A DNA stretch of 64,000 nucleotides. It comes from an uncultured Candidatus Saccharibacteria bacterium (GTDB lineage Bacteria > Patescibacteriota > UBA1384 > XYA2-FULL-43-10 > 1-14-0-10-43-13). The stretch spans positions 6,732-70,731 of the forward strand of contig CAYQPT010000002.1 of the NCBI GenBank assembly GCA_964419835.1, given 5' to 3'. Shown here piece by piece: positions 9,841 to 17,856 of this stretch. The stretch's first letter is position 1; every line of letters starts with the position of its first letter. A program made the position numbers and the translations under genes. The notes beneath the pieces are model-generated. The model saw only the letters and a list, made by a program, of their open reading frames with translations. It was not told where the DNA came from and did not search any database.

Positions 9841-10908
9841 TTAATAGACCATCATCTTGAAGCTCTTTGGATCCTGCACCCAAGTAAGGGCATCTTCAAG
9901 TGTGATGTCACCACGGGAAACATATTCGGCCAAAACCTTGTCTAAACTAATCATGCCTTCAGAGGCAGAAGTTTGAATTACATTTGGTATTTGATAAGAT
10001 TTTCCCTCGCGAATTAAACTCTTAATAGCTGAATTTGCAATCATAATCTCAGCAGCCATCACCCGTCCACCATTAACTTTAGGAATTAAACGCTGTGACA
10101 CAACACCAAGCAGAACCGATGCAAGCTGGCTTGAAACCTGTTGACGCATATATGAGGGAAAAACGCTGATTATACGATCTGCGGTCTGCGCAGCTGAGTT
10201 TGTATGCAAAGTGGCAAAAACCAAGTGACCTGTTTCTGCGATTGTTAATGCCGCTTCAATCGTTTCCAAGTCTCGCATCTCACCCACAAGCACTACATCA
10301 GGGTCTTCCCGCAAAGCCGATCTTAGCGCGGTGGCAAATGAGTCGGTATCCGGACCAATTTCCCGCTGAGAAACTATACTTTTATTGTGTTCAAAAACAT
10401 ACTCAATCGGATCTTCAATAGTAATGATATGTTTTCTTTGGTTTTCATTAATCCCGTTTATAAGCGCTGCTAGCGTCGTGGATTTACCCGACCCGGTTGG
10501 GCCAGACAACACCACAAAACCTTGGCTATGCTGAGTGAATTTTTCCAAGATCGGAGGAAGACCGAGCTCTTTAATTGATTTGATTTGCTTTGGAATTAAT
10601 CGAAGAGAGACTGCTTCACATCCTTTTTGATAGTATATGTTCACCCTAAAACGCATGTCCTTATATCCAAAAGAAAAATCAAGTTCTTTTGTCCTCTTGA
10701 ACTTTTCTATCATGGCCGGAGGAGTAAAACTGGAAATAAATTCTGTTAATTTTTCATTGGTACAAACAGGAGCTTCAGGAATCACAAGAAGGCGTCCGTC
10801 GATTCTTACAGTTGGAGCAATACCAACTGTAAAATGAAGGTCGGATGCTTTCTTTCCAATCGCAAAATCGAGATACGAAACCATCTCATCGTTTAATTTG
10901 TTTTCCAC
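9841..10908 (-). CDS. pilT: Type IV pilus retraction ATPase
   Basis: ASDLH, GPTGSGKST, TIEDPIE, ALREDPDV, AETGHLVFATLHT motifs. Confidence 0.93.
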   Translation of the reverse strand: MENKLNDEMVSYLDFAIGKKASDLHFTVGIAPTVRIDGRLLVIPEAPVCTNEKLTEFISSFTPPAMIEKFKRTKELDFSFGYKDMRFRVNIYYQKGCEAVSLRLIPKQIKSIKELGLPPILEKFTQHSQGFVVLSGPTGSGKSTTLAALINGINENQRKHIITIEDPIEYVFEHNKSIVSQREIGPDTDSFATALRSALREDPDVVLVGEMRDLETIEAALTIAETGHLVFATLHTNSAAQTADRIISVFPSYMRQQVSSQLASVLLGVVSQRLIPKVNGGRVMAAEIMIANSAIKSLIREGKSYQIPNVIQTSASEGMISLDKVLAEYVSRGDITLEDALTWVQDPKSFKMMVY

Positions 10909-10980
10909 AATTCCCTCCTAGAAGCTCTGCGAGTTTACAATATTATTATATGTTAAGTAGAAAGAAGAAGCAACCAATTT

Positions 10981-11100
10981 AAGTCTAAAGCCCTAATTTC
11001 TAATATCAAATGAAAATCCAAATGCTTAAATGTCTAAAAAGATTCGGAATTTATATTTTAGTTTTTTATTTGTCATTTGAAATTTTGATTTTGTAATTTG
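10981..11100. repeat. Empty heptamer-periodic inverted-repeat element
   Basis: Same arm layout as 6841-7320 with only ~5 nt between arms. Confidence 0.7.
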
Positions 11101-11116
11101 CTAATCTCTAATTGGT

Positions 11117-12652
11117 CTATCCTTGCATCGTTGCCTGGTAAACTTCATCGATCGTTGTCAGCCCTTGAAGTGCTTTAATAATTCCATCTTGCTTCATTGT
11201 AATCATGCCCTGCTTCAACACCGCATCTTTAATCTCATTGGCAGATCTTCTCGCAATAGCCAAGTCTTCAATAGCCGGATTCATGCTCATCACCTCAAAA
11301 ATACCGATTCTGCCTTTAAAACCTTGTGAGCATTCTGAACAACCCTTTCCATAGTAAAATTTGAGTTCCTTGGGAATAAGTGCTCTATCTTTAACATTAT
11401 TAGGTGATATTTTTTCTAATTCAACTTTGATCTGTTCTAGCAATTTTGGGGGAATTTTAACTTCCTCTCTGCACTTCGGACAAATTAGACGAATTAATCT
11501 CTGCGCAATAATTAAATCCACGGCAGAAGTAATAAGAAATGGTTCAACGCCCATATTTATAAGCCGAGGCAGTGCTCCAGCGGTATCATTCGTATGAAGT
11601 GTGGTCAAAACCAAATGTCCGGTTAAAGCGGCATGTGTTGCCATGCCGGCAGTTTCAGCATCACGAACCTCACCTACCATTATAATGTTAGGATCCTGCC
11701 TTAGTACGGAACGCAATCCCGACGCGAAGGTAAAGCCGATGTCTGGTTTGACTTGGCACTGGTTTACTCCCGGAGTCTCGTACTCCACCGGATCTTCAAG
11801 TGTAACAATATTTTTTCCAGGTAAGTTTAGCCGATTAATAATTGCGTTTAGCGTAGTTGATTTTCCGGAACCGGTCGGACCTGTGGATAAAATTAAACCC
11901 CATGGCTTAACAATTGAGGCCATTGTTTTGTCAATAGCGCTTCCCTGCATTCCAAGGTCCTCCAAGGAAAGAACCTTTTGGCTTTTATCGAGAATTCTGA
12001 GAACTATCTTCTCACCGTGAACAGTTGGAAGAGAAGAAACTCTGACATCAACTTCACGGTTTTTAAAAGCGACCTCAAAACGACCATCCTGAGGGATTCT
12101 CGTTTCATCAATTTTTAACTTTGCCAAAATTTTTACTCTGGAAATAATTGGAGGATGCATATTTATTGAAATTTTTACAATGTCTACGAGCACTCCATCA
12201 ATTCTACACCTAACTCGGAGAGTTTTTGATTGTGGCTCTATGTGAATGTCGGAAACCCCTTTATTCAAACCAAAATTAATAACTGCTGCAACAATTTTTG
12301 GAACATACCCCTCTTTGACTATTTCATCTAGTATTTTTGTATCAGTGATGTCAGTTTGGATTAAAGATCCTAAATTATCATTCTCCAAACCATTGCTCGG
12401 CATGGGAGTGCTTAATTCTTCGCTTGAAGGCAATGCTCTTGTTTGCTGCTTCTGATTTGCGATGGGCAGCGGAGCTTTATTTGGCTGATCCTTAGAAGGC
12501 GCGACTGTAGTGTTTTGTGCTGAAGAGGGTTGTGATGGTGTTTGCGTCTGACTATCATCTTTTGCAAACTCAGGATCAAAAAAACCGCTCAATGAGATGG
12601 TTTTTCCTCCAGATGGTGCTGCATTTTTTAATGCTGTTTGGTTCTGATCCAT
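11117..12652 (-). CDS. pilB: Type IV pilus assembly ATPase, lacking N-terminal domain
   Basis: SDIHIEP, PQDGR, GPTGSGKST, LRQDPN, tetracysteine motif; low-complexity N-terminus. Confidence 0.92.
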   Translation of the reverse strand: MDQNQTALKNAAPSGGKTISLSGFFDPEFAKDDSQTQTPSQPSSAQNTTVAPSKDQPNKAPLPIANQKQQTRALPSSEELSTPMPSNGLENDNLGSLIQTDITDTKILDEIVKEGYVPKIVAAVINFGLNKGVSDIHIEPQSKTLRVRCRIDGVLVDIVKISINMHPPIISRVKILAKLKIDETRIPQDGRFEVAFKNREVDVRVSSLPTVHGEKIVLRILDKSQKVLSLEDLGMQGSAIDKTMASIVKPWGLILSTGPTGSGKSTTLNAIINRLNLPGKNIVTLEDPVEYETPGVNQCQVKPDIGFTFASGLRSVLRQDPNIIMVGEVRDAETAGMATHAALTGHLVLTTLHTNDTAGALPRLINMGVEPFLITSAVDLIIAQRLIRLICPKCREEVKIPPKLLEQIKVELEKISPNNVKDRALIPKELKFYYGKGCSECSQGFKGRIGIFEVMSMNPAIEDLAIARRSANEIKDAVLKQGMITMKQDGIIKALQGLTTIDEVYQATMQG

Positions 12653-12690
12653 AATATAATTGACTAAAACTAATTACGCTTTATTGCTTC

Positions 12691-13968
12691 TCAATCATAA
12701 ATACTAAGCGCATATTCTATATCGGCCGGCTTGGTGATAAAAACCTCAGAAGGATGTTGATTTTTTATAAATAAAAGGGCCTTTTTTGTCATCTCCGACT
12801 TAGGGTCATCGGTTGCCAACATCAAATTACCCTCGTCATTTTCTCCAAAAACAACCACTCTGTATTTGGTTATAAAATTTTTTGGTAGCTTAGTTAGATA
12901 AGTTTTGGGAATCTTTCCAATCAAGCTTATTGTCTTTTCATATCCTTCAGTTTTTATTATATTCTCTTTAGCTGTGTTTTGAAACTTTTCCCTGCTTTCT
13001 TTTTGGACAAAAATCGAGTCGACCGTCAGAGTTGGAGATTTCGCCTTAATGATAGTTTTCTTAATGTTGGAAAAAGAAAACTTTAAGTTGTCCTGTAATA
13101 TAGTTTTAAACTCCTCAGCTTTCTCTTTCCTATTCAATTTTGAAGTTTTTGTGACAGGTTGTTCGATCTGAAAAGAGGCGTTGCTATCATAATTATTTAA
13201 AACGAAGTCAATATCATTTGCCGAGGTGGCAAACAGCTCAAGCTTAACTTTGTTTTCTTTTTCAATGTAGTCCAGAATTTTTTTTGTTAACGGAGAATCC
13301 GGTTTCTCAGAAGCCACGAGATAGTGGCCTGTGATATTTTCTCCGAAAACCAAAACTCGATATTTTTCAATAAAATTTTTCGGAATTTTATTAAGACATT
13401 CACGTGGAATATTTCGGTTGCGCAAATAAACCACCGGCAAACTCCCCTTTTTCATCAGTAAAGATTTATCCTGCTTGTTTTTATATTGTTTAAACGCTTC
13501 TTTGAAATCTTCGATGCCGGTTATAAACAATTCTAAATTTGCTTTTTTGTTTTTAAATAATTTTTTAAGAGCCGAAAGAAAACCCAATGGTAAATCAGCC
13601 GGCTCGGTTATGGCGATTTTAAGAAGTGTTCCCTCTGAATCAAAAGGAATTATTCCAAGCTTGGAAGATATTTTTTCAGGAATAATGTCCAGTGTTTCCC
13701 GGTCAATTTTTATATTGGAAAGTTCAATAAAAGGCAATTTTAAAATTATACTATAAGCTTTATTAATTGTATCTTTAGTTACCAGATGGTTCTTAAGTAG
13801 GAAAGTTTCGATCTCTCGATTTGTTCTAAAATTATTTTTCAGTTTCACGGCATCTTCCAATTCCAAAATTCCCTGCAAAACAAAAACATCCAGTATCGAC
13901 TGGTTAAAAAGCATTGCGGATGGTATGCCTAAAGACGAATTGTATTTCTGCTTGGAAAACATAGACAA
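12691..13968 (-). CDS. Stand-alone GspE/PilB N-terminal domain repeat protein
   Basis: Three repeats such as LPFIEL..IPE..LKIAITEP and KIPKNFIEKYRV.VFGEN; no Walker A motif. Confidence 0.7.
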   Translation of the reverse strand: MSMFSKQKYNSSLGIPSAMLFNQSILDVFVLQGILELEDAVKLKNNFRTNREIETFLLKNHLVTKDTINKAYSIILKLPFIELSNIKIDRETLDIIPEKISSKLGIIPFDSEGTLLKIAITEPADLPLGFLSALKKLFKNKKANLELFITGIEDFKEAFKQYKNKQDKSLLMKKGSLPVVYLRNRNIPRECLNKIPKNFIEKYRVLVFGENITGHYLVASEKPDSPLTKKILDYIEKENKVKLELFATSANDIDFVLNNYDSNASFQIEQPVTKTSKLNRKEKAEEFKTILQDNLKFSFSNIKKTIIKAKSPTLTVDSIFVQKESREKFQNTAKENIIKTEGYEKTISLIGKIPKTYLTKLPKNFITKYRVVVFGENDEGNLMLATDDPKSEMTKKALLFIKNQHPSEVFITKPADIEYALSIYD

Positions 13969-13990
13969 CGTTTGTTAAATTCAACCAAAA

Positions 13991-14108
13991 AAACTTCAAA
14001 GCCCAAATAACAAATGACAAATAAAAATCCAAATTCTAAATTTTCAAATTATTTGGCATTAAATCATTAGATATTTTGTTTGAAATTAGAAATTAGGATT
14101 TTGAAATT
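13991..14108. repeat. Empty heptamer-periodic inverted-repeat element
   Basis: cttcaaa gcccaaa taacaaa tgacaaa taaaa atccaaa... and its mirrored arm. Confidence 0.7.
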
Positions 14109-14123
14109 ATTAATTGCTGGTCC

Positions 14124-14381
14124 TTACTCTGCCGTAAACGGATTCGTTTTGCCCATTTTATCCACAGGGGTAGAAATTGGAATATCACTGCTTTTATCAA
14201 GACCGGATAAAACATTTTCAGCATCTTTTTTTACGCTTTCGATTTCAACCGGCTTAAGATTATCCTCAACGGCAGGATTAGCGTTATAGTCCTTTGACAT
14301 TTGCCAGAGCCAGAAAAAACCACCGACGACTGCAACTACCAGGATTAAGCTGCCCACTATACTCAAAGTTTTCATTTTCAT
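14124..14381 (-). CDS. Small bitopic pilus assembly protein (PilP position)
   Basis: One TM helix, C-terminal GKTNPF; follows pilO. Confidence 0.55.
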   Translation of the reverse strand: MKMKTLSIVGSLILVVAVVGGFFWLWQMSKDYNANPAVEDNLKPVEIESVKKDAENVLSGLDKSSDIPISTPVDKMGKTNPFTAE

Positions 14382-14980
14382 TTTTGCACCCCCGTTGCCG
14401 CACTTGCGGTTGAGCTTGCAGTTACTGCTGAAGATTCTCTCTTATAAACCTCGAACTGAAGTGCCAGAGAAGTTGTTTTCCCATCGGATGATACGGAGTA
14501 GGTCAAGCTTTTAATATTTGTGAAACGAATGTCTTTTTCAAGGGCGGTTATCATTTTATTTAGATTTTCAAACGTTCCATTAACCGAAAAAGATACTGAG
14601 ACAGCATTCTTAGGTGTTGCAGCAGCTGCGCCACTGGCTGGAGCTTGAGCAGCAGCACTGGCGATTTGAATACTAGGGATAATAGTTTCGCTCTTAGCGG
14701 CGATAGCTTCCAATTCAGTAATTAGATTTGGCGTATCCTTGTCAGAAGGGATGGCGATAAACAAACGGTTCACAATATCTCCTAACTGATCAAGAGAATT
14801 TTTCGTAGTTTGCAATGATTCCAATTTTACTTTAGACAATTCTATTTCCTTGTTAACTTTAGCAACCTGCTCTTGATTTTTTTGATAAGCTGGAATAATT
14901 TGCTTCCAGCAATATACAAAAGAAGCCACTGCAATTAGCACTGCCAAAAGCCCATAAAATCCACTATTGGATCGCTTCAT
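14378..14980 (-). CDS. pilO: Pilus assembly protein PilO
   Basis: TM + coiled coil + AIP...LE.IA, V.GTFENL...LEKDIRF. Confidence 0.8.
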   Translation of the reverse strand: MKRSNSGFYGLLAVLIAVASFVYCWKQIIPAYQKNQEQVAKVNKEIELSKVKLESLQTTKNSLDQLGDIVNRLFIAIPSDKDTPNLITELEAIAAKSETIIPSIQIASAAAQAPASGAAAATPKNAVSVSFSVNGTFENLNKMITALEKDIRFTNIKSLTYSVSSDGKTTSLALQFEVYKRESSAVTASSTASAATGVQK

Positions 14981-15677
14981 TGTTTCCTCCTTCAGTGGTC
15001 CCTATTCCGCTTGTACTTCCGGTGCTTTTTGCTTCTGCTGCTTTTTGCTTCTGCTTGTCAACTTTAGCGCTTATAGCAAATACTGTTTCCATCTTATCGT
15101 CGGTAGTTGTGTTTGCGACCGATAATAAATCAACATTGGACAAAGTGCTCCAGCTTTTAAGCGACATCATTAAATCCGCAACGGCACGATAACCCTTAGT
15201 AGTGCCATTAATGTTCAGTGAACCGTCGGCAGTGACCGCAATAGTGCTTAATTGAACATCTTTTGTCAATTTACTGTTTAAATCGGTCAAAAATGAGGTA
15301 AAGGAGTATTTTTCATTATAGGCGGTCTTTAACTGCTTAACGGATAGCTTAAAATCCTGAGCTTTATTTTCAATCTCAACTGAACCTGGTGAAGAAATTT
15401 GCTGCGCAAGAGAGTCTTTCTCGGTTTTTTTATCAGCGAGGGCGTCTGATTCACTTTTGTTCATCCACCAGAAAAATAATGTTGCCAACACTGAAAAGAG
15501 AGCAACCATCCAAGTCAAAGCAAGGGCTGTATTAAAGCTTGAGTGTTCTCCAAAACCAGAAAAGCTATCATCAAAGGCATGCTTTGACGCTGCATTTGCT
15601 GCTTGTGCAGCCGGTGTTTCAGCAACACTCTGTGGTGCAACTTGTGGTCCTGCCCCCTGACTTGTTTCAGGATCCAT
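14964..15677 (-). CDS. pilN: PilN-like protein
   Basis: TM + coiled coil + DVQLSTI...LNING.T..YRAVA; immediately upstream of pilO. Confidence 0.65.
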   Translation of the reverse strand: MDPETSQGAGPQVAPQSVAETPAAQAANAASKHAFDDSFSGFGEHSSFNTALALTWMVALFSVLATLFFWWMNKSESDALADKKTEKDSLAQQISSPGSVEIENKAQDFKLSVKQLKTAYNEKYSFTSFLTDLNSKLTKDVQLSTIAVTADGSLNINGTTKGYRAVADLMMSLKSWSTLSNVDLLSVANTTTDDKMETVFAISAKVDKQKQKAAEAKSTGSTSGIGTTEGGNNEAIQ

Positions 15678-15861
15678 ATTCCCTCCAATTATCCGATCAC
15701 CAAGATAAAACCTGTCTTTATTTTATTTTAATTTAATTCAAATATTTATGCAAATATTTCGTTTTCGTTTTTGGTTTACGAGGCCAGTATTGTTATTGGG
15801 TTACGGTTACGTTACCGAACAACCTAACCGATACGGGCATCGTTACCCTAACCGTTAGTCG

Positions 15862-17823
15862 TTACTGTTTTGTTTCTACCGGATGCGGCATATTGAGAAA
15901 CCTAAATCCTGGAGGCCAAGCACTGTCCAGAGCATAATCATAATAGAATCTTGCGTTTGCAGCGCTTATCGTAAAGGCGTTCGCCACAAATGAACCGATT
16001 AACTCCACATTACCACTTGATGCTGTGATACTACTATTTGGACAATAAATTGATGCTTGAATTTTATTGTTACCTAAAATTCTAACCGACCCAGTCACAA
16101 TAAAACCCAGTCGATCTGCAGAAGTTGCCGGAAGAATATCTATTCCATTGTTTATGATCAAATCACCATTTACGATAATAGTGCCTCTGCCATGATATTT
16201 TTTATCTACACTCCTGACTGTTAATGTACCGGGGAGCGTGTTCCATACTTTGCCTTCCGGAAATTTAGACGCATCAGCGTTTGTGATATCATCCATCATA
16301 GTAGTAGTCGTCGGAGCCGGTTCAGTCGGCGTTTGCAGATACCAATCAGATCGAGTCCCGGTATCGGCATTTGCTACTGGCGCCTCACCTTTAAGTGCAT
16401 TTATCTTGTTGGAATTTTTGTCAAATTCAGCTCCACTCAAAGTGGATTGAGCATTCGGGTTCAAAGTATAGCCACCCGCTCTCCAAGTTGCATCTGAACC
16501 GGGGTCTCCTGCACCAGATTGTTGATGTAAATTTCTACCCCAAAAGGCAAAATTATTCAGACCACTACCATATACGTCACCAGTGACCATTTTAGCGGGA
16601 TAGAATAACACGGCTGTTTCAATCACTGGCTTATTGGCTACGGAAGTTCTACTGGAGACAACTCTGATACTGGAGTTTGAGCTATTCGACTGAAAACAGG
16701 ATGTGTAGGGACGAACGACCCCAACCAATGCGTTATTTATACAATTAACCAATTCGGTATTTCTAAATCCAAATAATTCATCTGTGCTGCTGCCATTATT
16801 CTGTCCTGCACTTTTCAGAGAATTGTAAACCGTTTCATTTCCGGTAAACCCTCCATAAAAAGACATTTGAACCGTTGGACCCGCATTGACATTAAGAGGC
16901 AAAATATTCGTACCCCAAGTCACTCCGGCTATTATCAACCCGTCAGTATCATTACTCATGCCATGCGTTATGTCACCAACGCCACCTGTTCCCTCATCAA
17001 ACATCCAACGAGCCACCAAGTTCTCCGGATGAAGTTGGCCGTTTTCAAAAACATAGAGAGGGTCCAGTGTACCGCATTGTGCGAACTCAACATCACTCAA
17101 AGCAACTCTGTCATAAATTCTAACTTCATCAATCTGGCCCGAATAGTTGCCGGCCGCGTTGCCGATGAAGATAGGATCGGGTGTTGCAGTATCCGGATTT
17201 GCTGTTCCCCCTGCTATATTAGTAACTGCTGGTGACTTATAAGTTGTATCAAAGCCGATAGCCACAGGTTGATTAACTGCCAGAAGATCAATAGAGAACA
17301 TGATATGATGCCAGTTTCCATCAAATAATGTATTTCTATCAATAAGATCGCTTCTTAGAAGATATCCCTTTGTGGAGGATCCAACGGAAACCTGAACCGA
17401 ATAATGAGTTGCATCGGATAAATGAATCCCGATCGCCCAACCTTGCTTACCTGCGACATTGGCGTCTGTAGTCATGCGATTACCCATACTGATAATGGTT
17501 TGGTCTGGATCAGTTTGATTGGTTGGCTTTATCCAAGCCATCACAGTAAATGGTTTTAAATCTCCATTCTCGTCCTCTCCTCCAAGTGTGGAGATTAATG
17601 TATCCGGATTCTCCTCCGTAACTGTATTATCTACTCTTATGGAACCGTTTTTAGCAAGCATAATACTGCTTCCCGGATTTCCTCCACTGGCAGGAGTGGA
17701 GCTAAATGTAGCTTCTGTCTGGCCAACCATTATCTCAGGAAAATCGTTTTCTGCCATAGCAAAAGAAGTCCACATTAGAAAGACCAGTATGAAAGCAATA
17801 ATTTTTGTGTATTTTTTACTCAT
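15862..17823 (-). CDS. Secreted LamG/concanavalin-like domain protein with beta-helix-like C-terminus
   Basis: Signal peptide; FTVMAWIKP, DGNWHHI, GQIDEVRIYDR; GTIIVNGDLII; YYDYAL...PPGF tail. Confidence 0.7.
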   Translation of the reverse strand: MSKKYTKIIAFILVFLMWTSFAMAENDFPEIMVGQTEATFSSTPASGGNPGSSIMLAKNGSIRVDNTVTEENPDTLISTLGGEDENGDLKPFTVMAWIKPTNQTDPDQTIISMGNRMTTDANVAGKQGWAIGIHLSDATHYSVQVSVGSSTKGYLLRSDLIDRNTLFDGNWHHIMFSIDLLAVNQPVAIGFDTTYKSPAVTNIAGGTANPDTATPDPIFIGNAAGNYSGQIDEVRIYDRVALSDVEFAQCGTLDPLYVFENGQLHPENLVARWMFDEGTGGVGDITHGMSNDTDGLIIAGVTWGTNILPLNVNAGPTVQMSFYGGFTGNETVYNSLKSAGQNNGSSTDELFGFRNTELVNCINNALVGVVRPYTSCFQSNSSNSSIRVVSSRTSVANKPVIETAVLFYPAKMVTGDVYGSGLNNFAFWGRNLHQQSGAGDPGSDATWRAGGYTLNPNAQSTLSGAEFDKNSNKINALKGEAPVANADTGTRSDWYLQTPTEPAPTTTTMMDDITNADASKFPEGKVWNTLPGTLTVRSVDKKYHGRGTIIVNGDLIINNGIDILPATSADRLGFIVTGSVRILGNNKIQASIYCPNSSITASSGNVELIGSFVANAFTISAANARFYYDYALDSAWPPGFRFLNMPHPVETKQ

Positions 17824-17856
17824 TCAGGTTTAAATTCTAAATTATAATCATGGCAT

